Assembly: GCA_027623675.1 (NCBI GenBank)
Contig: JAQBVF010000006.1
Location: 32,001 to 96,000 of the forward strand
Direction of reading: 5' to 3'
DNA length: 64,000 bases
DNA from: Chloroflexota bacterium
Lineage (GTDB): Bacteria; Chloroflexota; Dehalococcoidia; Lucifugimonadales; UBA3495
Under the pieces are notes generated by a model. The model searched no databases and was not told where the DNA came from. It saw only the letters and a list, made by a program, of their open reading frames with translations. Position numbers and translations under genes: made by a program. Every line of letters begins with the position of its first letter. Positions within the stretch are counted from its first letter, which is position 1. Below are positions 19,721-28,690 of this stretch, one piece after another.

Positions 19721-20039
19721 GGGGTTTTCTCCTATTCGCAGAACAGAATCTCAATCAACATTGTATAGCGATAGACATCAGACTCTGGATTGTGACAACT
19801 AGGTGTTCCTAAGTGAAATAGTAATCCTTAGAATAACACCGAGTATCAACTCTAAGTATTGTAGTAAGTGCCCTATCTACTCACATTGTGGGCAACACAA
19901 CATAAAATAATGTAAGGCTGTATAATTTAACCGCGTTGTAACACGTATTCAAAATTATTAACACCCGCAATGTAAAGAGGGCAGAATATTAAGTTATAAC
20001 AAACTGAATTAATAACCACGTATTGTCAATAAAACCACC

Positions 20040-20068
20040 TTGACAGTTGCGCGCCTGGAAAATATAAT
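20040..20068 (+). promoter_or_regulatory. Consensus sigma70 promoter of the TIR gene
   Basis: TTGACA-17 nt-TATAAT inside an AT-rich intergenic region. Confidence 0.85.
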
Positions 20069-20131
20069 TTATTTGCTGCACACGCCGTTCTCTGCTAAAC
20101 CCCGTGCCAATACATTGTTAAGAGGTTATAG

Positions 20132-21214
20132 ATGCTGCCAATAATGACTACCATGGAAGATTTAGACGTCTTGGTTGCGTTTTTGAAGACCAAGATCAAT
20201 GGCTCGACCATCAAGGAAGCTGAGTCGGTGGTTGGACGACAATACATCGACGGTAGGAAATTGTCTGGACTGCAAACCTGGGGTTTCATCTCAAAGGAGA
20301 TTGACCATATCGGCCTAACCCAATTAGGCCGGGAATTCAGCCGGGGATCCGAAGACGAGAAAGCAAGAATGTTGATGGGAGTAATTAGAGAAATTCCCCC
20401 ATACAATGGTGTACTCGAATGGGCGAGCTTCCAAAATTTTGAGTCCATAACCACTGTCGATGTCGGCTCAAGGTGGATTCAATTCAATAAAGATTATCTT
20501 GGAACCGATAATGAGAATACGATTAACAGCAATGTGGTGTGTTTTTTCCACCTCGCCCAAGGGGCAGGGTTGGGAAAGTTGGTCATTGGGCGACGCGGAC
20601 AGCCGACTCGGTTGGAGTTAGCCCAAAGTGTCGTATCGGCGTTTTTGTCTCACGGTAGCGGAGCTTCAATCGAAGAAAAGGAAACAGCTGCAATATCACA
20701 AGATGAACTATCAGGTTTTCCAGAACCCGGATTTTGGGAAGCAGATTCCAACACACCGACCGAACCGAGCGGGTTGACACGTGGCAACCAAAATGGTGTA
20801 GAAAAAGTGTTCGTAGGTCACAGTTCAAACGGCAAAATCCTTCAGCAAATTCGAACGATACTAAACTTTGGAAAATTTGAAGTCGTCATTGCCGAGGACG
20901 AAGAAACCACTGCAGTTCCGGTTCCTGACAAAGTGATGGACGCGATGCACAAGTGCCATGCCGCGATAATGAATATTTCAGCTGATACGCCCATAAACGG
21001 TGACGGTAACGAGTACGCTATCAACAACAATGTTTTGATTGAGGTTGGCGCGGCGTTCGTCCTATACAACAAAAATGTAATCCTCCTGGTAGATGATAGG
21101 GTGGAACTTCCGTCCAACCTGGCTGGTTTATACGAGTGCAGATACCACGGTGATTCGTTGGATTTCGAATCAACGATGAAATTACAGCAAGCGTTAATAA
21201 ATTTCCGTAATTAA
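20132..21214 (+). CDS. N-terminal winged-helix-like region plus C-terminal TIR domain (CAP12/Pycsar-type nucleotide-binding TIR)
   Basis: KVFVGHS...NVLIEVGAA...VELPSNLAGL; GC content visibly lower than flanks. Confidence 0.8.
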   Translation: MLPIMTTMEDLDVLVAFLKTKINGSTIKEAESVVGRQYIDGRKLSGLQTWGFISKEIDHIGLTQLGREFSRGSEDEKARMLMGVIREIPPYNGVLEWASFQNFESITTVDVGSRWIQFNKDYLGTDNENTINSNVVCFFHLAQGAGLGKLVIGRRGQPTRLELAQSVVSAFLSHGSGASIEEKETAAISQDELSGFPEPGFWEADSNTPTEPSGLTRGNQNGVEKVFVGHSSNGKILQQIRTILNFGKFEVVIAEDEETTAVPVPDKVMDAMHKCHAAIMNISADTPINGDGNEYAINNNVLIEVGAAFVLYNKNVILLVDDRVELPSNLAGLYECRYHGDSLDFESTMKLQQALINFRN

Positions 21215-21231
21215 TTTTGCGGAGCACCAAA

Positions 21232-22170
21232 ATGACCAGTCCCCACGCCCACAGCGCCGGCCAACTACCGGAGCCCACACTGGAGGAGGTCAGCGAAGGC
21301 ATCTACGCCTACGTCCAGCTCGACGGGAGTTGGGGCCTGAACAATACCGGCTTCATCCAGGGCAGCGACGCTCTGACCATGATCGACACCTGCTTCACGG
21401 AGGCGCGGACGAGGGCGTATCTGGCGGCGGTCGAGACCGTGAGCAAACTCCCGGCCAAGACCCTGGTTAACACCCACCACCACGGCGACCACACCCACGG
21501 CAATTACCTGGTGCCCGGCGCGGCCATCGTGGGTCATGAGCTGTGCCGCCAGACGGTGATCGCCACCGGACTGCAGGCGCTCCACCCTCTGTTCCCAGGG
21601 GTTGAGTGGGGTAACTTGGAACTGGCCCCGCCCTTCGTCACATTCAAAGACCGCCTGGAACTGTACTCGGACGACCTCAAGATTGAACTGATCTTCATGG
21701 GACCGGCGCACACCACCAACGACATCGTGGCCTGGATCCCGGACCGCAAGCTGCTCTTTTCGGGCGACCTGATCTTCAATCAGGGGACGCCGTTCGTGGC
21801 CATGGGCTCGGTTTCGGGGTCACTCGAGGCGGTGAAGCGGCTGCGGGAACTGGGCGCCGAGACCATCGTCCCCGGACATGGCACGGTCTGCGGCCCGGCG
21901 GTGATGGACGATATCGAGGCGTATCTGACCTTCGTGCAGTCCACGGCCAAGTCTGCCTTTGAATCAGGCACGAGTCCCCTTGACGCCGCGCGCGAGACAG
22001 ATCTGGGCCGGTTCGGGGAGTGGACCGACACCGAGCGTCTGGCCGGCAACCTGCACCGAGCTTTCTCCGAGCTTCGGGGCGAGCCGTTGGGCACCGTCCT
22101 AGACCTGGGACCGATCGCCGCCGACATGGTTGCCCTGAACGGCGGCCAGCCGGTGCGGTGCTTGGCCTAG
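21232..22170 (+). CDS. MBL-fold metallo-hydrolase (cyclase-like)
   Basis: NTHHHGDHTHGN, AHT, GDL, PGHG. Confidence 0.92.
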   Translation: MTSPHAHSAGQLPEPTLEEVSEGIYAYVQLDGSWGLNNTGFIQGSDALTMIDTCFTEARTRAYLAAVETVSKLPAKTLVNTHHHGDHTHGNYLVPGAAIVGHELCRQTVIATGLQALHPLFPGVEWGNLELAPPFVTFKDRLELYSDDLKIELIFMGPAHTTNDIVAWIPDRKLLFSGDLIFNQGTPFVAMGSVSGSLEAVKRLRELGAETIVPGHGTVCGPAVMDDIEAYLTFVQSTAKSAFESGTSPLDAARETDLGRFGEWTDTERLAGNLHRAFSELRGEPLGTVLDLGPIAADMVALNGGQPVRCLA

Positions 22171-22484
22171 CGTAGGCGCAGGCTTCCCCGCATGCTAACC
22201 GGATGCGCAGCCTGCTTCAGAGAATGGCCAGTCCACGCACGATTCCTGCCTTTAACAAAGGGGGAGGGTTGGCGTTGTTGGGGTTGAAGGCATGTAGTTG
22301 GGCGATTCCGCTCGTCCTGAACTCCGTCGATGGGCGCGCCGCAGCCGGAGTTGTGCCCGGAGGAAGCTGGCCGGACTCAGATGGTTCGACGGACTCACCA
22401 TGAGCGGATGGGGCGGCGGGAGCGTGGTTCGCATGGTTGGGCGAGGCGAACCACGAGTGGGGACGGCGGGGGTTATTGTTAGGG

Positions 22485-23030
22485 TTATTCTTTCCGGTGG
22501 TCGGTGCGGCGGTCGCGGCGGTTGGCGCAGTTGGGGCACCAGCCGTAGAAGTCGACGCGCTGTCCGGTGAATTGGAATTCTGACGAGTTCTCCAGCCGGT
22601 CTCGCAGATCGGCGACCGTGCCCTGGCCCACATCGGCGTCATGTACGCTGCCGCAGCCGACGCAAACCAGGTTGGCGTGGGGGGAAAGGTTGGCGTCGTA
22701 GCGCGACTGCTTCTGGAAGGGCAGTTCTCTGACGATTCCAGCTCGCTCCAGCACCGCCAGCGTTGAGTATACCGTGGCCAGCGTCACGTAGGGGAAAAAT
22801 TCTTTCACCCGGCCGAATATCTGCTTAACCGATGGGTGGTCGCCAGAATTCACCACCACCTCCGCGATGGCCAGACGCTGCGGCGTTAGCCGGATACCTA
22901 GAGTTTTGAGCCTGATTCCCAGTTCGTCCTGTGTTGTCACTGTGGTGTTTTGCCTGCTACTTTTGTTTATTGGGTGTTTATTGGGCGCGCCGGTAGGCCA
23001 ACGGGCCAGGTTTAGGAAGGGGGATATCAC
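22485..23030 (-). CDS. Fur family regulator, PerR-like (alternative start 22940)
   Basis: RLTPQR, HPS, TLATVY, RYD, CVGC...CPNC. Confidence 0.9.
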   Translation of the reverse strand: MISPFLNLARWPTGAPNKHPINKSSRQNTTVTTQDELGIRLKTLGIRLTPQRLAIAEVVVNSGDHPSVKQIFGRVKEFFPYVTLATVYSTLAVLERAGIVRELPFQKQSRYDANLSPHANLVCVGCGSVHDADVGQGTVADLRDRLENSSEFQFTGQRVDFYGWCPNCANRRDRRTDHRKE

Positions 23031-23066
23031 TTTATCCCCCTTCCGGATTCGCTGTTGGTTGGTCGC

Positions 23067-24092
23067 CTAGAGGCGTCCGCCGAAGAACATGGGCTCCTGG
23101 CGGCGAAAGACCTGGATGCGGTTGCGGCAGGACTCGACCACGAACACGCGGTCCTGGTCGTCCACGGTCACGGCCACCGGACCCCAGAAATCGCGTTCCC
23201 GCTCGATGCCCTGGGCGATCTCGCGCTCTTTCCACATCTCAGCGTTGGCGTCCAACTTGTCCTTGCCCCACTTGGAAATGTCACCGTTGCCCGTGGTCAG
23301 GTAGACGAACTTGCCGGCCGGGTCGAACATCTGCATGCGCTCGTTGCCCCAATCGGCAACGTAGATCATGCCGGTCCGGTCAACGGCCACGCCGGTGGGC
23401 CGGTTCAGTTCGCCCTCGCCCTCACCGGGCGTGCCCAGCTTCATCAGAAACTCGCCGTCCTTGGAGAACTTCTGGATGCGGTCGTTTCGCCAGTCGGCCA
23501 CGTAGATATTGCCGTCAACATCCACGTCGATGCCCCAAGGCAGGTTGAACTCGCCGTCGCCGGAACCCTTGGAACCGAAGGCGGAGATGAACTTGCCTTC
23601 CTTGGTCAGCTTCTGGATGCGGTTGTTCTGGCTGTCCACCAAGAGCAGGTTGTCGTCGGCGTCGAAGACCATGCCCGAAGGCCGGTTGAACTCGCCGTCG
23701 CCGCTGCCCTCAGTGCCGAATTTGCCGATCCACTCGCCGTCACTCGTGAAGATGGATATGCGGTTCAGCCATTCGTCGGCCACATATACGTTGCCGTCCT
23801 GGTCCAAGGCCACGCTGGTGGGCCAGATCAGGGAACCGTCTTCAGTGACTATATCGGTCACGCCGGCGGTGCTGACGCCACGGGCGAATTCACCGATGTA
23901 ATCTTCATCGACGGTACAGATGGTGACCCGCTTGCCGTCGGGCCGGTATTCGTAGGAGCGGTTGACCACGTACATGATGTCGTCGGCGCCCCTGGCCAAC
24001 GCCACGGGATTGCGGAATCCGGGGCCGGAGAATTCTCCGCGCCCGATGCTATGACTATATTGAAGGGATACGCCCAGTGCTTGTGTAGCCAT
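23067..24092 (-). CDS. NHL-repeat beta-propeller protein
   Basis: Repeated GSGDGEFNxPxG...YVADWxNxRIQ units. Confidence 0.92.
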   Translation of the reverse strand: MATQALGVSLQYSHSIGRGEFSGPGFRNPVALARGADDIMYVVNRSYEYRPDGKRVTICTVDEDYIGEFARGVSTAGVTDIVTEDGSLIWPTSVALDQDGNVYVADEWLNRISIFTSDGEWIGKFGTEGSGDGEFNRPSGMVFDADDNLLLVDSQNNRIQKLTKEGKFISAFGSKGSGDGEFNLPWGIDVDVDGNIYVADWRNDRIQKFSKDGEFLMKLGTPGEGEGELNRPTGVAVDRTGMIYVADWGNERMQMFDPAGKFVYLTTGNGDISKWGKDKLDANAEMWKEREIAQGIERERDFWGPVAVTVDDQDRVFVVESCRNRIQVFRRQEPMFFGGRL

Positions 24093-24136
24093 CCTTACCT
24101 CGCATAGATCTGCAGTTGGTGTCGACCTGGCTCTCG

Positions 24137-25273
24137 TTAGGCTTTGATAAAGTCCATCTGCTCGAAGTTGCCGCCAACCACGGCCTTGGCGTCCATGCCC
24201 ATCCACTGCTCTAGGAGCGTGGAGTACAGGCCTCGGAAGTCGTTGTTGAAGTGCAGGTCGCCCTCCAACAGTTTGTCGGCTGCCAGCGAGGGATACTCGC
24301 CGTAGAGGCCGCCCTTGACCGAGTCGCCGATGACGAAGGCGACTCCGCCCGAACCGTGGTCGGTTCCCGAGCCATTGTCATGGACCCGGCGTCCGAACTC
24401 GGTGAAGACCAGCAGCACCATGTTGTCGGCGGCGTCGCTCTCGGTGAGGTCGGTGTGGAAGTCGGACACGGCGTTGGAAACCTCGCTCCACAGCGCTGAA
24501 TGCCCCACCATCTGACCGGCGTGCGTGTCGAAACTGTTGTAAGGAGCCGTGGTATAGAGGAACCTGGTGCCGAAACCGGCGATGTGGGTCTGGGCGATGT
24601 TCCTCATGTACTGGGCCACCGAGTTGTTGCCGTACTCAACGCTGGAGGAATACTTCTCCGGCGCGGTTTTCAATATGTCGGCCCCTTTCAGGGCGTCCAT
24701 GCCGGTGTGGGAAAGGTAGTCCATCACCTGGCCGCGTCCCATGGCCGGCGAATACATGCGAGAGAAGATGTCCAGGGCCTCGGTCCGCTGGTCGCCCTCG
24801 ATGCCTGTGAGCACGCCGTAGGTCTCCAGGTTGCCCACCGATGCCACGGGCACGCCAGGGGCGGCCAGAGAGCGGGGAAGGCCCCGGCCGAAGTTGACGC
24901 CGGTCAGGACGTTCTCGCCCTGCGGGTCAAGGTCGCGGATGGCGCGGCCCAGCCAGCCTTCGCTGCCCACCTTTTCCGGCTCGCAGGTGTGCCAGATGTC
25001 CATGGAGCGGAAGTGGGACCGGTTGGGGTTGGGGTAGCCGACGCCCTGGATGATGGCCACCTTGCCCTGGTCGTACAATTCTTTGATGGGGGCCAAGGCC
25101 GGGTTGAAGCCAATGCTGTCGTTGATCTTTAGCACCTGGTCTTCAGACACCCGCACCGACGGCCGGTTGTCGGCGTAGAGCGGGTCGGAATAGGGGATTA
25201 TGGTGTTCAGGCCGTCATTTCCGCCCGAAAGTTGCAGTACGGCCAAGACGGGGTCTTTCTTGGTGGAGGTCAT
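24137..25273 (-). CDS. DUF1501 family protein
   Basis: LQLSGGNDGLN, NRSHFRS, FDTH, TEFGRR, GTDHG. Confidence 0.92.
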   Translation of the reverse strand: MTSTKKDPVLAVLQLSGGNDGLNTIIPYSDPLYADNRPSVRVSEDQVLKINDSIGFNPALAPIKELYDQGKVAIIQGVGYPNPNRSHFRSMDIWHTCEPEKVGSEGWLGRAIRDLDPQGENVLTGVNFGRGLPRSLAAPGVPVASVGNLETYGVLTGIEGDQRTEALDIFSRMYSPAMGRGQVMDYLSHTGMDALKGADILKTAPEKYSSSVEYGNNSVAQYMRNIAQTHIAGFGTRFLYTTAPYNSFDTHAGQMVGHSALWSEVSNAVSDFHTDLTESDAADNMVLLVFTEFGRRVHDNGSGTDHGSGGVAFVIGDSVKGGLYGEYPSLAADKLLEGDLHFNNDFRGLYSTLLEQWMGMDAKAVVGGNFEQMDFIKA

Positions 25274-25427
25274 TGGTTCTATATCTCCTAGCGCCCAGAC
25301 CTGATACATCAGTTGGGCGGTTACTTCTTACTGGTTACTTTCTACTATCTTGTAATTTCGTTTGATCACGTGAGTTTAGTCACGGACGTTTGGTTAAGCT
25401 CTTGTGTGCCTCAGGGAGACCATCGGC

Positions 25428-26831
25428 CTAGGCGAACTGGTACTCCTGGGTCGCCACTATCAGTTGCAGGGTCTGGGCGACCTGGGCGCCGTAGGCCTCG
25501 GTCCCCGGCTTCAACTCGCCGGATCTCCCGATGTGCTCCACCAGGTAATTCCGGGTCTCCTCGGGCAGGGAGTAGGCCCCCAGCATGTCCAGACAGCGCG
25601 CGATCAGCGCATCGGGCTGGTTGACCCCCTCGGAACTGAGGCGGTCGATGATGGCCTTGACTCCGGGCAGGGCTACGTTGCCGATCTGGTCGGCGGTGAA
25701 GTTGATGCGCTCCACCAACGTGCCGCTGTCGATCCACTCCTGGCCGGTGTGCCAGCCCTCGACCGTGGGCGGGTTCATCAGGTCCTGGCCCATGTAGCGG
25801 ATCTCCATGGCGATGGGGTGCAGGCCGGGCTTGGGGCTGGTGAAGTCCTGGACCAGCCGCATGGTTCCGGCGACGGTCTCCGCGGGACTCTTCACTTTTT
25901 CGAAGCGGGCATCCTTGAACCACTGTGACTTGAACAACACCCGCAGCATGGCTGTGATGTCGTAGTTGGACTCGAAGTAGGCGTCTTCCAACTCTTTGAT
26001 GGCATCAATGTCGCGGGGCGGTGTGCCCTGCCAGGCCGGGACCTGCGGCTCGTCGGCCACGAAGAAGTTGTACAGATGACGGGCGATGAACCGGGCGGCG
26101 GACGGCTGTTTGACGATGATCTCGATGATGTCATCGCCGTTGAAGTTGCCGGTCTCGCCCTGGAAGGTCTTTTCGCCGTAGTCATGGTCGGCGGCGTTGA
26201 AGGCGAACTGGGAGGGGTGCCGGCCGTATGGATACCTGGGGATGGCGTTGGCGATGGTCCAGCCGGTGAAGGCCCGGGCGCATTCCTTGACGTCTTCCTC
26301 GGTGTAGTTGGCGTGGCCGTCCATGCCCACGCCCATGGCGAACAACTCCAACAATTCACGGCCGAAGTTCTCGTTGATGGCGTCCTTGTGGCTCATGCAG
26401 TTGTCCAGGTAGAAGACCATGGCCGGGTCCACGGAGAGGGCCAGCAGCAACTTGGGGAAACTGCCCATGCCCAGCTCGCGGAACATATTCAACTGGGTCT
26501 GTATCTGGCCGCCGTGCTCGCACTTGGAGTTGCCGACGCAGAAGATTCCGTGCCAGAACAGGGTCATCTTCTCCTGCAGCGGGCGCTCCGTGTTGATCAT
26601 CCGGTAGGTTAGGTACGCCTGGTTAACCTCCAGCGCGTTCATCTCTTTCCAGTCGACGAAATAACGCTCTAACAGGTCCATTTCCAGGTCGGGCTGGTCT
26701 TTGGGGCTGAGGAGCTCGTCCACCGTGGCGTCGTAGCCCTTGGCGGCGTGGCGCTCCAGTTCCTCGTAGGTGGCGCCAAATCCGGCGCGGCGCATCAAGT
26801 GAGCCATAAGCTCGATATCGGGACTGGCCAT
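25428..26831 (-). CDS. DUF1800 family protein
   Basis: HLMRRAGFG, EKMTLFWH, NENFGRELLELF, ARAFTGW, PPTVEGW. Confidence 0.92.
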   Translation of the reverse strand: MASPDIELMAHLMRRAGFGATYEELERHAAKGYDATVDELLSPKDQPDLEMDLLERYFVDWKEMNALEVNQAYLTYRMINTERPLQEKMTLFWHGIFCVGNSKCEHGGQIQTQLNMFRELGMGSFPKLLLALSVDPAMVFYLDNCMSHKDAINENFGRELLELFAMGVGMDGHANYTEEDVKECARAFTGWTIANAIPRYPYGRHPSQFAFNAADHDYGEKTFQGETGNFNGDDIIEIIVKQPSAARFIARHLYNFFVADEPQVPAWQGTPPRDIDAIKELEDAYFESNYDITAMLRVLFKSQWFKDARFEKVKSPAETVAGTMRLVQDFTSPKPGLHPIAMEIRYMGQDLMNPPTVEGWHTGQEWIDSGTLVERINFTADQIGNVALPGVKAIIDRLSSEGVNQPDALIARCLDMLGAYSLPEETRNYLVEHIGRSGELKPGTEAYGAQVAQTLQLIVATQEYQFA

Positions 26832-26991
26832 CTGTATCTCTCCTTCCGGTAAAATACTGAGTAAAACCTGGGGAAAGCTGGTGCATAGGGGCGTTCGGCC
26901 GGTCTAGGCCGACTGTGATTGCCTTAGATTATAATCATTCCTACATAAGATTGTCTATAGCTTTAGATCGCTTTGCCGCTGATGTATCAGT

Positions 26992-27408
26992 TTAATCTGC
27001 CTTGGTTGTTTGGCCGCCTGACCGGCGGCGATGTTGGCGGAGGGTTCAATCGTCCATGATCACCGGAATGCCGGCGGCCTCGGCTTTGGCCGCCCACTCC
27101 GGGTTGACCACGCCGTCCTGCATCCAGATGTATTTGACTCCGATCTCGATCGCCTGCTCCACCACCGGGGGCACCAACTCGGAGCGCCGGAATATGTCGA
27201 CCATGTCGATGGGTTCGGGGACCGACTTCAAATCGGGGTAGCTCTTCTCGCCCAGCACCTCTTCGATCATGGGATTCACCGGGATGATCCGGTACCCCTG
27301 TTCCTGCATGTAGCGGCTGACGCGGTAGCTGATACGTTCGGGGTCGCCCGAGAGGCCAACCACGGCGATGGTCTTGCTGTTTTGAAGTTGCTCGTCGACT
27401 AGGTCCAT
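26992..27408 (-). CDS. CoA-binding protein (YccU-like), probable selenoprotein via UGA at 27046-27048
   Basis: TIAVVGLS, IIPVNP, VDIFR, IWMQDG. VIMDD-UGA-TLRQH matches the family's MDRC..EH. Hairpin gccgcc-ggtca-ggcggc lies 16 nt downstream; next stop is TAA at 26992. Confidence 0.8.
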
Positions 27409-27469
27409 AAGCCCTCCCTACGTTTGCCTGCTCCCTAAGCTAGTTTCATTGTGCCTAGTTTCAGTGTGT

Positions 27470-28399
27470 CTAGTTCCATTTCTTGGAATTGATGTACTTG
27501 AAGGCCGCGACCGCCGCCGTGGCCCCGTCACCGGCCACCGAGACCAATTGAGAAGATGAGTTCTGCCTGATGTCGCCCACCGCGTAGACCCCAGCCACAT
27601 CGGTCTCCATCGAAACGTTGACGGGGATATGCCCGGCCTTGTCCGTCTTCAAGAGTCCAGTCACGAAGCCGGAAGCAGGCTCCAGACCCACATAGACGAA
27701 CAACCCGGAAAGCTCCAGGGCGTTCTCCAGGTTGGTTACGGTGTTGCGAAGCCGCAGTCCGGAGACGGTGTCCGAGCCCAGCACTTCCTCGATGACCGTG
27801 TTCCAAACGACCTCTATCTTGCGGTTGCCGCCCAACCGGTCGGTCAGGTATTTCTGGGAATCTAGATGGTCCCGGCGGTGGATCAGCAGGACCCGCTCGG
27901 CGTACTCCGTCAGGGTCAGGGCCTCGTCGACAGCCGAATCGCCGCCGCCAACCACGGCGACAACCTGGTTCATATAAAGAGGGCCGTCGCAGGTGGCGCA
28001 CTGGGATACGCCCCGCCCAAAGAACTCTTCCTCGCCCGGAACGCCCAATTGCTTCAGCGTCGAACCAGCGGCGATGATCACCGCCTTGGCCCGGATTTCG
28101 CCGGAGTCGCTTTTGACCACGCGGTAGTCGCCGTCCTTGGTGATCCTTTCGGTCTCGCCCATCACAAAGTCGGCGCCGGCGTTCATGGCCTGTTCCTGAA
28201 CGGCAGGCCCCAACTCAGCCCCGGAGATGCCCTCCGGGAAGCCGGGAAAGTTCTCGATCTTCTCGATGTTGATGATGGACGCCCCGCCCATCATGCGCTC
28301 CACGATCCCGGTGCGCAGTCCGTAGTTCGCGGCGTACATGCCGGCGGTCATTCCCGCCACGCCTCCGCCAACGATCAAAACGTCGTAATTGTCTGCCAA
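27470..28399 (-). CDS. trxB: Thioredoxin-disulfide reductase
   Basis: GGGVAG, SQCATCDG, GGGDSA, HRRD, YAVGD; TTG start after GGAGG. Confidence 0.9.
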   Translation of the reverse strand: MADNYDVLIVGGGVAGMTAGMYAANYGLRTGIVERMMGGASIINIEKIENFPGFPEGISGAELGPAVQEQAMNAGADFVMGETERITKDGDYRVVKSDSGEIRAKAVIIAAGSTLKQLGVPGEEEFFGRGVSQCATCDGPLYMNQVVAVVGGGDSAVDEALTLTEYAERVLLIHRRDHLDSQKYLTDRLGGNRKIEVVWNTVIEEVLGSDTVSGLRLRNTVTNLENALELSGLFVYVGLEPASGFVTGLLKTDKAGHIPVNVSMETDVAGVYAVGDIRQNSSSQLVSVAGDGATAAVAAFKYINSKKWN

Positions 28400-28690
28400 G
28401 ATGGCGCCTCCAATGGTGCTAGATGCTGGTCTGGTGGGTGCGATAAACGGTCCTGATTCAGGCACGAACCAGCCTGCGCGGATGCAGCCGGGCCGTAGGC
28501 CTAACTATAGGATTGGAGCCTGTTTGGTGTCAACATAATCTGGAGGCATCCACGACAGGGAATCAATAAGGGGTCAAGTGCGGGAGACGGCGCCCTCATT
28601 TGTTGCGCCTTGCGGCCCCGCAGACGCGCTCATAGAATGGTTGCGACCTGGTGCAAATCACTTTGCCAACTGTTCAGAAGGTGCAAACCC

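Noticed and set aside
19760..20020. Small ORF or RNA in the AT-rich spacer
   Set aside because: Frequent stops and no stable structure apparent; treated as part of the acquired islet.
22203..22480. Short ORFs between the MBL hydrolase and Fur genes
   Set aside because: No RBS, motifs or convincing coding pattern.
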